DNA from: Macrostomum lignano
Lineage: Eukaryota
Assembly (NCBI GenBank): GCA_002269645.1
Contig: NIVC01001406.1
Location: 124,001-188,000 of the forward strand
Reading direction: 5' to 3'
DNA length: 64,000 nt
The position numbers and the translations under genes are program-made. Below are positions 13,181 to 41,083 of this stretch, in pieces; positions within the stretch are counted from its first letter, which is position 1, and the number at the start of each line of letters is the position of its first letter. The notes beneath the pieces are model-generated. The model ran no database searches. It saw only the letters and a list, made by a program, of their open reading frames with translations, and was not told the origin of the DNA.

Positions 13181-14278
13181 TCAAGCTGTGGTCCCGCTAA
13201 GATCGGCAGAGGCCCGCTTGAAGTAGGCGATAAGCCTGGCCAGGCCGGCACGGTAGTTCTCATCTGTGCCGCCGCCTGCATCTGTGGAAGTGGCTTCATC
13301 GCCGCTGACTTTTTCTGACGACGTATCGGCTCGGCACCGGTGCACGTGAGCGAAATCGACAGCTCGGACCACTACAGCGAAACCGGAGCAGTCAGAATCT
13401 TCCTGCGGCTGCTGCACAGGCGCCGCCTCGTAGGCGATGAGCAGCGAGCTGGCGTAGAACCGGAAGGACCGCTGCACAGCGAACCAGGCGTCCAGCTGCT
13501 CCAGTCTGGCGGCCACTGCGGAGGCCACGGCGCCGGCTCGGCCGGGAGACCCAGCCGCGGCCAGGAACGGCAGGAAGCCCTTGCTGTACACGGCCTCAGC
13601 ATCCAGGGAGCGGCCGTGCAAGATGGAGTAGACTCGAGGCTCCGATCGGCCTATCAGCGGCACCCGGAAGCCCGTGATGACGAAGCCCAGCTGGCCTCGG
13701 TGCGAGTACATCGCCCGCTGCAGCAGCCGCTTGGAGGCCGGGGCGCCCGGCGGTGCTGACAGGCCGCCCATCTTGCAGTCCATCACGCACGGTCTGCGAA
13801 GGTGCTTCAAGGCGTCGCCGAGTCCCAGGTACAGCTGCCCGCCTCCCTGCCGACATCTGTACAGCCCGAGGAAGTCAGCAAGGAACGGCCGCAGTCCCTC
13901 CAACACTGGCGAGTCGGCATCGCTGCCGGCGGCGGCCGCCGCTCGATAGAAGGCCACCTCGCGAGGTCCCTTTGGCGGCCGCTGCACCGGCTTGTACAGA
14001 TCGCCGGACTGGCCGGACAGAATCGGCGACTTTCGCCAGAACAGCAGGCCCTTGCCGCCCACCTGGTGCGAGTACTCGGTCAGGCCTGCTGGCAGGTCCT
14101 GCACCTCCGGCTGCTGCCGCTTCTGCTGTTCGTCATCCTCTTGGACATCAAAAACTGCCGTCGTCTCCGCCAGCTCCCGCTGCTGACTGTTCTCGCAGCA
14201 GCCGCTGCTGGCGGCCTTCCACCGGGTAGCAATGGGGACGGCGCTGCTGGCGGACGCAGCCGGTTGAATGGCAACGGT
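13181..14278 (-). CDS. IPMK: Inositol polyphosphate multikinase (IPK superfamily); catalytic domain in a single exon; true start on an unresolved upstream exon
   Basis: Motifs in order: HQVGG, REVAFY, PCVMDCKMG (PxxxDxKxG), GFVITGFRV, FYASSLLIAYE (SSLL), VDFAH (IDF). Frame is open without a Met up to a stop near 14297. Candidate acceptor TTTCCTCAACAG| at 14279 (phase 0). An IP6K-type assignment is not excluded. Confidence 0.85.
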   Translation of the reverse strand, partial: TVAIQPAASASSAVPIATRWKAASSGCCENSQQRELAETTAVFDVQEDDEQQKRQQPEVQDLPAGLTEYSHQVGGKGLLFWRKSPILSGQSGDLYKPVQRPPKGPREVAFYRAAAAAGSDADSPVLEGLRPFLADFLGLYRCRQGGGQLYLGLGDALKHLRRPCVMDCKMGGLSAPPGAPASKRLLQRAMYSHRGQLGFVITGFRVPLIGRSEPRVYSILHGRSLDAEAVYSKGFLPFLAAAGSPGRAGAVASAVAARLEQLDAWFAVQRSFRFYASSLLIAYEAAPVQQPQEDSDCSGFAVVVRAVDFAHVHRCRADTSSEKVSGDEATSTDAGGGTDENYRAGLARLIAYFKRASADLSGTTA

Positions 14279-14614
14279 CTGTTGAGGAAATCGCCTTCAC
14301 AATTAAGTGTCTCTCCGGTCAGGCAGGATGCCGCGCTGTGACCTTCTGCGGCTGAGGAAGTTTCTTTGTCAGTTTTTTGTTTGCCCCCCCCTTAAGTTGC
14401 GCTGTCTCAGTGAATTTATGCGTCTGCGAGAGCGGCTCTTCCTGCTCCTCTTGCTGGCATTCGCTCCCGGCTTTGCTGCCTGCCTGTCCATTGCTTTGCT
14501 TTGCTTCCGTATTGCCCCGCTCTGTCCCGCCGCCTCACCCTCCCACCCCAGCTCCACTGCCAGCCTGTCTCATACTTTCCTACAGAGCTTCTCTCTCGCC
14601 CTCCTCCAGCAGGT

Positions 14615-14628
14615 GTTGCCATGGCAAC
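14615..14628. promoter_or_regulatory. Perfect palindromic RFX X-box GTTGCCATGGCAAC
   Basis: Exact match to the X-box consensus GTNRCC(N0-3)RGYAAC, about 340 bp upstream of the IPMK coding exon. Confidence 0.6.
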
Positions 14629-15519
14629 CCGGGGGTCCTGAGGGTAGGCTACCGTAGGAGCAGATGGGACAGAGGGAGAGGTGGGGTTGAGAGACGGGAG
14701 AATGGGATTAGAGGTAGTCTATTGTGCTTTGGCTTTTCCCCACAACCCCCACCCCATGCCCCAGGGTTCCCCTCACTGTTGGCCCACCAGAGCAGAACCG
14801 GAGAGGAGTGGGGTGGCTGCTTCCTGTGGTTGGGAAATAAATCCCATTGAACTTCTGCAATGCGGTGCAATAAAAACACCAGTTGCTCTGGGAGAAATCC
14901 ATAAACTGGGGGTGGAGTGGGTGAAAAAAGGCAGACCAAAGAGAATCCTCATGCCGGTCCCGCTGACTATCAGCCAGGCTCTTGAGCACACTTGAGTAGG
15001 GAATAAAGTTAATGCTCATTTGTATTTACAGATTGTATTGGCGTTCAAATCGATTGAGCAAATTTGTTAAAACTTTGTCAGGGATAGCGAAAAAATCGAT
15101 ACAAGGCTTCCAGATAACAGCTGGAGTGCCAACTGCAGAATATGCAAATGTCAGGTAGTTTTTTAAAGCAATTCTTCCCCAATGTAGCCATCTGGAGAAG
15201 CAATTGCCTATTGAGTTGTAGGGATGCCACGTGATATTTTTCTGCATATGGCCTCACACTTTCCCTGCTGCCACCTCAGAGCTGCCATCATCCTGTCTCG
15301 TAGTGCACAGGTGAACTTTTGCCAGCCAAAAATTCTCAGGCGCTGGGGCAGGCATTGCGTGGGTTGGTATTGAATATTAGCAACCTCAAAAATTAATCCC
15401 ATTAAATTGTTTTCAAATAATATTGCCTGTTTTTTCAAATTAAAATCTGTTGACACTTTGCACTATAAATTAACAATAGATTCAAGAGTTCACTAAATCA
15501 ATTCTTTATTTTGAAGTCG

Positions 15520-16490
15520 GCGCCATTCACAAGTTTTGAAGATGGCGCCATTCGCAATTTTTGAAGATGGCGCCATTCACAATTTTTGAAGATGGCGCCA
15601 TTCGCAATGTTTGAAGTCGGCGCAAATCACAAGTTTTGAAGATGGCATTATTCACAAGTTTTGAGGTCAACGCCATTCACAAGTTTTGAAAATGGCACCA
15701 TTCACAAGTTTTGAAAATGGCACCATTCACAAGTTTTGAAAATGGCACCATTCACAAGTTTTGAAAATGGCACCATTCACAAGTTTTGAAAATGGCACCA
15801 TTCACAAGTTTTGAGGTCAACGCCATTCACAAGGTTTGAAGTCCGCACTATTCACAAGTTTTGAAGATGGCACCATTCACAAGTTTTGAAGATGGCACCA
15901 TTCACAAGTTTTGAAAATGGCCCCATTTACAAGTTGTGAAAATGGCACTATACACAAGTTTTGAAGATGGCACCATTCACAAGTTTTGAGGTCAACGCCA
16001 TTCACAAGTTTTGAAAATGGCACCATTCACAAATTGTGAAAATGGCATCATTCAAAAGTTTTGAAAATGGCACCATTCACAAGTTTTGAGGTCAACGCCA
16101 TTCACAAGGTTTGAAGTCCGCACCATTCACAAGTTTTGAAGATGGCACCATTCACAAGTTTTGAAGATGGCACCATTCACAAGTTTTGAAGATGGCACCA
16201 TTCACAAGTTTTGAAGATGGCACCATTAACAAGTTTTGAAGATGGCACCATTCACAAGTTTTGAAGATGGCACCATTAACAAGTTTTGAAGATGGCACCA
16301 TTCACAAGTTTTGAAGATGGCACCATTCACAAGTTTTGAAGATGGCACCATTCACAAGTTTTGAAGATGGCACCATTCACAAGTTTTGAAGATGGCACCA
16401 TTCACAAGTTTTGAAGATGGCACCATTCACAAGTTTTGAAATCGGGGCCATTCACAAGTTGTGAAGCCGGTACCACCCACAAGTTTTGAT
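15520..16490. repeat. 25-bp satellite (GCACCATTCACAAGTTTTGAAGATG)
   Basis: Directly visible; more degenerate at the left end. Confidence 0.95.
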
Positions 16491-17148
16491 CTTCCTGTCT
16501 CTGAATTTGCAGTGCATTACCGCAATAAAAAAATCGATACACTCTACTAGGCAAGCAAAAGCGTCAGTAGTCACTATAGAACATAAATCTAATCTATTAG
16601 ATGCCGCGATGCGAAATCCTGGGAATCAGAAAAATAATTGGATTTGAAGCAAAAATATTGACTTCATTTCGAGAAATATGAAGAAGAGCCCCGAGGGAGA
16701 TTTCTCCTGAAAAAAATTGCATTTGCGAAAATTTGGAGGAAAGCTGAGCAGACTACTCATTCGCTTTGCGACAAAGACGTCATCAATTCTAAGTGGGAAG
16801 ATTCTAAACTTTGTCAAAAATACCGAGTTTCAATTTGTACTTGTCGGCCATGGCTTTGACCGAATGGGGAACGGGGCTGATCGATGAGGCGCGGAGGCTG
16901 AGACGCTCTGCGACTCTTTTAGATTGCTGCAAAAACTTGCAGTAAGAAATATTTTTGCTTCAAGCCACCGGAACTTTTTTCACGTAAAGAGCGCAAACTG
17001 ATGATTGATGCCCGTAGCAGTTATTAATTAGGGAGAAAAACTCAAGGAGAAAACCTGCCAAAAAGTGGAGAATTGACAGCTTTGCCGGCCATCGATCTGA
17101 CAGACACCGCAATTGCAGTTTTGTGAATGCGGGAGAAGCTTGGTGCCT

Positions 17149-18304
<1,156 letters not shown>

Positions 18305-18964
18305 GTTGCAATCGCCTTTTCTGTCAAAACATCTGTTTTCATAATTTCACGTTGCCCATTGCTGTTTGTTTTTGAGCAGAAAAAACTGCCTCAGATGGTC
18401 ATTTAATCCCGGAATCAGATGCCGCCCCAAACCCCTGCTTAATCAGGAAGTGAAGCCGTGGGCTCATCCGTGAAACTGAATTTTTAAGTTTTCAACAGTG
18501 GCCCCACAGCTTGCCGACTTTCACATTTTTGTTCGATGATAAATTTGTTTTCAAAGTGGAATATAAATGAGAATACTCTGAAGGTCAACTCTTCAGACTT
18601 CTGTTCTCCCGCCTGGCTTGCCGCATCCCGCAGCGGCAGTTGGGAATATCTGAGAGCCGCCGGAGCACTTTCCAGCGAATCAAATTGGTGCAGAAAGGCA
18701 ACGGAGAGCCTGACATCGGGATGAAGAGAGATGGGAGGTTGGGAGAGAGCGGGGAAAGCAGCAGATCTTCGAATCCCCTGCTTTTCCTGAATGCGTGCTC
18801 ATCGCCTTTCTTGCCCCGGCTCCAAGTTTGAGCAGCCAGAGATGATCGGCCTGTTTGCCTCCGGCCCGCAGCGCAGGGCAGCGCGAGCAGAGAAGGCAAA
18901 CCGGAGGGATCAATTCCTCAGCTTTACTCTGGGTGGTCCTGGGATGCGTGCTTATTCACTTGGA

Positions 18965-18965
<1 letters not shown>

Positions 18966-19063
<98 letters not shown>

Positions 19064-19078
19064 CTAAGACAGACACTA

Positions 19079-19147
<69 letters not shown>

Positions 19148-19150
19148 GGC

Positions 19151-19207
<57 letters not shown>

Positions 19208-19221
19208 CACAGACAGACAGA
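18966..19221. repeat. (CAGA)n microsatellite with ACACTAAG interruptions
   Basis: Directly visible. Confidence 0.97.
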
Positions 19222-19544
19222 CTATAAAATCCTCATGTATGCGACCTCCTTGACCTGAATTCCATGAGAATATCTGCTCCTGGTCCGTGCCACTCTGTGC
19301 CCAATTCGATTAGTGGTTGGCTCGAAGAGTTACTTCACTATGCGAACTTTATCTTATTTTTTTCCAGCGGAAACTTTGATGGGATTGGGAAGGAGAGAGA
19401 AGTACACCAGGGGATGCAGACGGCTCCTCTGGTGGTGGTGAATTATTTAGCATTTCGCAGCTGCAACGACTTGGACTTTGCATCAAATTTTGATGCCCAG
19501 ATGCTCGGTGTTTTGAGGCTGTAATTTTCCCGTTGCCTATAGTC

Positions 19545-19713
19545 CTTGCGCCCAATGATTCCCCTGTTCCCTATAGTCATCGCCCAATGATTCCCTAGTT
19601 CCCTATAGTCACCGCCCTGTGATTCCCAATTCCCTATAGTCATCGCCCAATGATTCCCCAGTTCCCTATAGTCACCGCCCTGTGATTCCCCAGTTCCCTA
19701 TAGTCATCGCCCA
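19545..19713. repeat. Short ~26-30-bp repeat (TTCCCTATAGTCATCGCCC...)
   Basis: About 5-6 degenerate units. Confidence 0.8.
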
Positions 19714-19994
19714 GACCTGAGCATCCTACAGACCTGACATTTCAATTAGCGGTCTCGGCATGGCGCACACGTTCTTGACCGACAAAAACTTTATTTTTTA
19801 CAACCCCAGCCCGATATCAGCATCCAGTAAAACTTCCTGACTGCTAAATGGCAGTTGAAATTTCCTCAATTCCTCAATGCCATATCCGGCGATTCGTCAT
19901 GAAGAATCCCATTTTAGTCTGACAGCTTCCATTTGCCCGAATGGGCAGGCGAATCAAGATTGCACTTTAAGCGCATTGCGAGAAATGTCTGACG

Positions 19995-21889
<1,895 letters not shown>

Positions 21890-22436
21890 TTTGCGGCAGC
21901 CCCCAAAGGCCCCTTCAAAGCATAAAAAGACAACTGGGGGAAAGCCGCCAGTCCAGCTTCTTGTTCAAGGCGTCCCTGCCTCAACCTGCCTGGGCTTCGG
22001 TATCTTTTTATCTTCCCTTCACCGGCTATGAATAGCAGTCACAGGCAGAATTCCTCTGACTGAGCGGCATGGGAGAATGCTGTGATGTACAAAACAAAGC
22101 CCAGGGTTACATTTAGCATTCTATTCATGAGAATTCAATAACCGCTGCCTGCTTTGCGGATGTTGCCTTTTGATTGAAGATTAAAGCCTGTATTATCATA
22201 CTTTACTCCAGCTCTGAGCAGTTTCTTTGTTCAAGAATTCGTTCAATTGCAGATTATCTCCGCTTTGTTGTCGAGTTTCATTGACTGCCTCTCGATCTTT
22301 GCCTCCTGGAGAGGTAAAATGTAGAGTAAAAGTCGCTTAAAAGGCACCGTCTTTTTGTCAGTTTTGTGAAAATGAGATACTTTTCTTTGACTTCTATGCA
22401 TCTCAATCATACCTTTCCTGTGTCACTTTCTCCCGC

Positions 22437-24385
22437 TCCTCCCTCCTATACAACACTGCACCCCTATCTACTCCTGTAGCTCCTCCCTCTACCACAACAC
22501 TGCACCCCTATCTACTCCTGTAGCTCCTCCCTCTACCACAACACTGCACCCCTATCTACTCCTGTAGCTCCTCCCTCTACCACAACACTGCACCCCTATC
22601 TACTCCTGTAGCTCCTCCCTCTACCACAACACTGCACCCCTATCTACTCCTGTAGCTCCTCCCTCTACCACAACACTGCACCCCTATCTACTCCTGTAGC
22701 TCCTCCCTCTACCACAACACTGCACCCTTATCTACTCCTGTAGCTCCTCCCTCTACCACAACACTGCACCCCTATCTACTCCTGTAGCTCCTCCCTCTAC
22801 CACAACACTGCACCCCTATCTACTCCTGTAGCTCCTCCCTCTACCACAACACTGCACCCCTATCTACTCCTGTAGCTCCTCCCTCTACCACAACACTGCA
22901 CCCCTATCTACTCCTGTAGCTCCTCCCTCTACCACAACACTGCACCCCTATCTACTCCTGTAGCTCCTCCCTCTACCACAACACTGCACCCCTATCTACT
23001 CCTGCAGCTCCTCCCTCTACCACAACACTGCACCCCTATCTACTCCTGTAGCTCCTCCCTCTACCACAACACTGCACCCCTATCTACTCCTGTAGCTCCT
23101 CCCTCTACCACAACACTGCACCCTTATCTACTCCTGTAGCTCCTCCCTCTACCACAACACTGCACCCTTATCTACTCCTGTAGCTCCTCCCTCTACCACA
23201 ACACTGCACCCCTATCTACTCCTGCAGCTCCTCCCTCTACCACAACACTGCACCCCTATCTACTCCTGTAGCTCCTCCCTCTACCACAACACTGCACCCT
23301 ATCTACTCCTGCAGCTCCTCCCTCTACCACAACACTGCACCCCTATCTACTCCTGTAGCTCCTCCCTCTACCACAACACTGCACCCCTATCTACTCCTGT
23401 AGCTCCTCCCTCTACCACAACACTGCACCCCTATCTACTCCTGCAGCTCCTCCCTCTACCACAACACTGCACCCCTATCTACTCCTGTAGCTCCTCCCTC
23501 TACCACAACACTGCACCCCTATCTACTCCTGCAGCTCCTCCTCTACCACAACACTGCACCCCTATCTACTCCTGTAGCTCCTCCCTCTACCACAACACTG
23601 CACCCCTATCTACTCCTGTAGCTCCTCCCTCTACCACAACACTGCACCCCTATCTACTCCTGTAGCTCCTCCCTCTACCACAACACTGCACCCTTATCTA
23701 CTCCTGCAGCTCCTCCCTCTACCACAACACTGCACCCCTATCTACTCCTGCAGCTCCTCCCTCTACCACAACACTGCACCCCTATCTACTCCTGCAGCTC
23801 CTCCCTCTACCACAACACTGCACCCCTATCTACTCCTGTAGCTCCTCCCTCTACCACAACACTGCACCCCTATCTACTCCTGTAGCTCCTCCCTCTACCA
23901 CAACACTGCACCCCTATCTACTCCTGTAGCTCCTCCCTCTACCACAACACTGCACCCCTATCTACTCCTGTAGCTCCTCCCTCTACCACAACACTGCACC
24001 CCTATCTACTCCTGTAGCTCCTCCCTCTACCACAACACTGCACCCCTATCTACTCCTGCAGCTCCTCCCTCTACCACAACACTGCACCCCTATCTACTCC
24101 TGTAGCTCCTCCCTCTACCACAACACTGCACCCCTATCTACTCCTGTAGCTCCTCCCTCTACCACAACACTGCACCCCTATCTACTCCTGTAGCTCCTCC
24201 CTCTACCACAACACTGCACCCCTATCTACTCCTGTAGCTCCTCCCTCTACCACAACACTGCACCCCTATCTACTCCTGTAGCTCCTCCCTCTACCACAAC
24301 ACTGCACCCTTATCTACTCCTGTAGCTCCTCCCTCTACCACAACACTGCACCCCTATCTACTCCTGTAGCTCCTCCTTCTACCAC
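22437..24385. repeat. 44-bp satellite (CTCCTCCCTCTACCACAACACTGCACCCCTATCTACTCCTGTAG)
   Basis: 44-nt period (TGCACCCCT at 22457 and 22501); about 44 copies. Confidence 0.97.
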
Positions 24386-24499
24386 AGTTACCTCCATTTT
24401 AACCAATGATCTCATAAGCCTGTTTTTCAATAGTTCACGCCGTGAGAACCAACCCGAAACCCTCTCAGCTACCCCTTGGTCCGCCATTGGTCAGTGAGT

Positions 24500-24700
24500 G
24501 GATTGGCTTTAAAGGCAGATTTAGACGCTTGGATGAAGCATTTCGGCTTCGACACAATCAGCTGCAACGCTTCACCAAGATTCGCTTAAAGGACTCTGAC
24601 AATATCAATACAGTCTTAGACGCGCCAGAAATGCGACGAAGCATTTTAGGATTCTGGCTCTGCGCCCAGCTGCTTCATCAGCTCTGCGGAGTCTGCTTGG
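24500..24700 (+). mobile_element. Degenerate non-LTR retrotransposon ORF2 C-terminal remnant (RTE/L2-like)
   Basis: RRLDEAFRLRHNQLQRFTKIRLKDSDNINTVLDAPEMRRSI resembles the recalled RTE-type pattern RRLDAF...LRRILxIRWxDxVxNxEVL; judged by eye. Confidence 0.4.
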
Positions 24701-24877
24701 TGAGGCCGCGCAGATCTGTTGTGTTGAAATCCGATTCAGTTTAGGAGAGTGATCTTTGTATTCCCAAATTTTTATATTCCTGCCAACTTATCTTCTCCTA
24801 GCCCCCTCAGGTACTCAGATTTTCGATCCTTGCTGCTATCGGCGCATTTGTTTAAAACTTCTCTCCTTTAGCCTGCT

Positions 24878-25870
24878 GTCTCTCCCATCCGCTCTCTCCC
24901 TCTCCCTCCCGCTCCCTCCTCTCCCATCCGCTCTCTCCCTCTCCCACCCGCTCCCTCCTCTCCCATCCGCTCTCTCCCTCTCCCACCCGCTCCCTCCTCT
25001 CCCATCCGCTCTCTCCCTCTCCCTCCCGCTCCCTCCTCTCCCATCCGCTCTCTCCCTCTCCCTCCCGCTCCCTCCTCTCCCATCCGCTCTCTCTCTCCCA
25101 CCCGCTCTCTCCCTCTCACATCCGCTCCCTCCTCTCCCATCCGCTCTCTACCTCCCATTCGCTCCCTCCTCTCCCATCCGCTCTCTCCCTCTCCCTCCCG
25201 CTCCCTCCTCTCCCATCCGCTCTCTCTCTCTCCCACCCGCTCTCTCCCTCTCACATCCGCTCCCTCCTCTCCCATCCGCTCTCTCCCTCACCCTCCCGCT
25301 CCCTCCTCTCCCATCCGCTCTCTCCCTCTCCCTCCCGCTCTCCTCTCTCTCCCATCCGCTCTCTCTCTCTCTCTCTCTCCCTCTCACATCCGCTCCCTCC
25401 TCTCCCATCCGCTCTCTACCTCCCATTCGCCCCTCCTCTCCCATCCACTCCCTCCTCTCCCATCCGCTCACTCATCTCCCATTTTCTCCCTCCTCTCCCA
25501 TCCGCTCTCTCCCTCTTCCACCCGTTCCCTTTCTCCCATCCGCTCCCTCCTCTACCATTTGCTCCCTCCTCTCACATCCGCTCTCTCCCTCTCCCGCCCA
25601 CTCCCACCTCTCCCATCCGCTCTCTCTATCCCACCCGCTCTCTCCCTCTCACATCCGCTCCCTCCTCTCCCATCCGCTCCTTCCTCTCCCATTTGCTCCC
25701 TCATCTCCCAGTTTCTCCCTCCTCTCCCATCCGCTCTCTCCTCTCACATCCACTCTCTCCTTTCCCATCCGCTCTCTCCCTCTTCCACCCGCTCCCTCCT
25801 CTCTCATCCGCTCCCTGCTCTCCAAATCGCCCTCTCCCTCTCCCATCCGCCCTCTCCCTCTCCCATCCTA
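24878..25870. repeat. Pyrimidine-rich degenerate repeat (CTCTCCCATCCGCTC)
   Basis: Directly visible. Confidence 0.9.
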
Positions 25871-26244
25871 CCTTCTCCCTTCTACGAGCTACTACGAGCG
25901 TATAAAGCATGCAGCACCTCGCGTCTTTACCTGCGACTTTCCTTTTCCGCCGATATTTTCTCGCTAATGTCAGCGAGCCACAGCAGTAATCTAAGATTTT
26001 AAGCTTAGCTGGCTAGGGTTACAAAGCAGGCTGCCTGAGTTTACTGTCAGTGTTTGATTAGCCAAACTGATGAACTCAAAAAGAAATACGGCACAGCACG
26101 AACAGAGCTACGAGCTAGTTGGGTCTTCCACTGAAATTTGAGTCAAAAATTGTTTGAGGTTCCTCAATAGCATCCTGTTTTTGCCGAGCTGTTTTTGGTT
26201 AAGTGTCTTCCTACCTTTGCCAAATAAGATACCCAAAGACTAAT

Positions 26245-27238
26245 TGATAATCCATTCTCATGGATTAACAGCATCGATAATCCATTCTCATGGATTAACA
26301 ACATCGATAATCCATTCTCATGGATTAACAGCATCGATAATCCATTCTCATGGATTAACAACATCGATAATCCATTCTCATGGATTAACAGCATCGAAAA
26401 TCCATTCTCATGGATTAACAGCATCGATAATCCATTCTCATGGATTAACAACATCGATAATCCATTCTCATGGATTAACAGCATCGATAATCCATTCTCA
26501 TGGATTAACAGCATCGATAATCCATTCTCATGGATTAACAACATCGATAATCCATTCTCATGGATTAACAGCATCGATAATCCATTCTCATGGATTAACA
26601 ACATCGATAATCCATTCTCATGGATTAACAGCATCGAAAATCCATTCTCATGGATTAACAGCATCGATAATCCATTCTCATGGATTAACAACATCGATAA
26701 TCCATTCTCATGGATTAACAGCATCGATAATCCATTCTCATGGATTAACAACATCGATAATCCAATCTCATGGATTAACAGCATCGAAAATCCATTCTCA
26801 TGGATTAACAGCATCGATAATCCATTCTCATGGATTAACAACATCGATAATCCATTCTCATGGATTAACAGCATCGAAAATCCATTCTCATGGATTAACA
26901 GCATCGATAATCCATCATTCCTCATGGATTACCAGCATCGATAATCCATTATTCCTCATTTATTAACAACACCGACAATCCATCATTCCTCACAGATTAA
27001 TAACATCGATAATCTATCATTTCTCATGGATTGCCAGCATCGATAATCCATTATTTCTCATAGATTAACAACATCGATAATCCATAACTCCTCGTGGAAT
27101 AACGAAATCGATAATCCATTATTCTTCATGGATTAACAACATCGATAATCCATTATTTCTCATAGATTAACGACATCGATAATCCAATATTCCTCACAGA
27201 TTAACAACATCGATAATCCATTATCCTCATAGATTACC
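26245..27238. repeat. 30-bp satellite with an internal hairpin (GATAATCCATTCTCATGGATTAACAGCATC), decaying rightwards
   Basis: AATCCAT/ATGGATT 7-bp stem with a 4-nt loop in each unit. Confidence 0.95.
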
Positions 27239-27727
27239 AGGATGTATTATTAATTATATTTACAATGCTCCTAACTTTCCATTCACCGCTCATATAGGAT
27301 GCACGAAGTTGAAATGATTATCATTTTTCGTGATGAACTCTTTGTCTCTTTGCCTGCCAATATTAACTCACAATGTTAATCTGACATGTAGCCTCTCCTG
27401 GGGTCGTCGACCCCTCTCGGGCACCCCACACTGACACAGCCCTCCCCGATCCCCGCTGCTGCCTTCCCCGCCTCCACATCCTTGAAGAAGCGACGGTTAT
27501 CAGTTCCACCTTAGCCGGAAGTGCGGAGTTCTTGACCGGCACGGCAGACACCTGCGGCTGTTCGCCCAATTGAGACGTTCAAGGCTACCGGGATTTTTCC
27601 GGAAAAAATTATACCTTTGCAAAATGAAAGATGTTAGTGTACCGTTGAAAGCGATAGCCTAAATTGGAGACATTTGTGTGAGAACAACGTGACAATGTGC
27701 GAGAGACAGTCAGTCTGCTTTGAGGCG

Positions 27728-28345
27728 TGTGATCAGACTGGCGCCCTATTGATTGATTGATCAGACTGGCGCCCTATTGATTGATTGATCAGACTGGCGC
27801 CCTATTGATTGATTGATCAGACTGGCGCCCTATTGATTGATTGATCAGACTGGCGCCCTATTGATTGATTGATCAGACTGGCGCCCTATTGATTGATTGA
27901 TCAGACTGGCGCCCTATTGATTGATTGATCAGACTGGCGCCCTATTGATTGATTGATCAGATGGCGCCCTATTGATTGATTGATCAGACTGGTGCCCTAT
28001 TGATTGATTGATCAGACTGGCGCCCTATTGATTGATTGATTGATCAGACTGGCGCCCTATTGATTGATTGATCAGACTGGCGCCCTATTGATTGATTGAT
28101 CAGACTGGTGCCCTATTGATTGATTGATCAGACTGGCGCCCTATTGATTGATTGATTGATCAGACTGGCGCCCTATTGATTGATTGATTGGTCAGACTGG
28201 CGCCCTATTGATTGATTGATTGATCAGACTGGCGCCCTATTGATTGATTGATTGATCAGACTGGCGCCCTATTGATTGATTGATTGATCAGACTGGCACC
28301 CTATTGATTGATTGATTGGTCAGACTGGCGCCCTATTGATTGATT
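27728..28345. repeat. 28/32-bp repeat (GATCAGACTGGCGCCCTATTGATTGATT)
   Basis: Directly visible; about 21 units. Confidence 0.95.
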
Positions 28346-29399
28346 GTTAGGTAGATTGATAAACTGATAAATTCGGTGCCCTGAAAATACTGCGAGTCTC
28401 TGCGCGCATCCCCATCTATATTTAAAACTCTTCAAATGGAGTTCAGAAAGTCCAAGCAGAGGTACAAAATTAGATCAAGAAGGGCTTAAGCAGCCGCATC
28501 AGCTGCACACGAACATCCGGGATTCTCAAAAAGATAAATCCAATCCAGCTACTGATAGCCACCATCTGCTTGCCTCTCTCTCACCAGATGCGAGTGCCAA
28601 CTCAAGATGATGGATAGAAGCTGACAGGTGATAAACAGGCTCTTGTTTCTTCAGAACAAAACTTTCTTAGAAGTTTTTGTTAGAAACAGCTCACAGAAAG
28701 TGCAAAACTGAAGGGGACATGCATACCCCCTAGCCAGAAACTTATTTTTTCACTCTCTTTATTCCATCCCTATTCCATCATTTATACGCCAAAAAGCCAC
28801 CTGTCGAAAATCCCACACAGCCAGATGACGAATAAGGAGACCGGAGCCTCTCCTGTCAAATCCTGGGATAAAATCGCGGCAGAAAAGGACTTTACACACT
28901 GTACTTGATTCTGACTGGACTGGGATTCGCAAGCACAGATGCTGGATTGTAGGGCGGGGACAGTGATGAAGGAGGCAGCTGGAGATTTGCCGGTTGGAGA
29001 GGGATGGTAAAAGGGATTCCGTAGCCTAGTGGTCCAGCGCGGCGCTTGAGAACCAACCCCAAGGCACAGTGAAGTGTACATACCTAGCGATAAATAAAGT
29101 TAGGGCCGCTGTACACTCCTGTGTGAGTGTGTGCCTGTGCGTATGACTGCGTACGTATCCGCGCGCTTGTGTGCCTGCTCAGGGGAGTCGGCGAAATGGG
29201 CAGCAATGCCTCTCGCCGGTAGTGCGACAATGTCGCTTAAAGTGCGCCCAGGTGCCCCCTGCCTCAAAAAAGAGGGTTGGTTGAAGAGACTGAAGGGCGC
29301 AAGAAGGTAATGAAGGGCGCCAGAAGGAACCAAAAGGCGAAGAAAGATAAAATAACTTTAGTAAGGAAAAGATGGAACATCAGTGAGAGATGGAGACAG

Positions 29400-41083
<11,684 letters not shown>

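Noticed and set aside
13340-14341. Several + strand ORFs overlapping IPMK
   Set aside because: Antisense shadows of a GC-rich gene whose - strand has all the kinase motifs
26245-27238. CRISPR-like array (30-bp palindromic repeats)
   Set aside because: Units are head-to-tail with no unique spacers, there are no cas genes, and the context is eukaryotic
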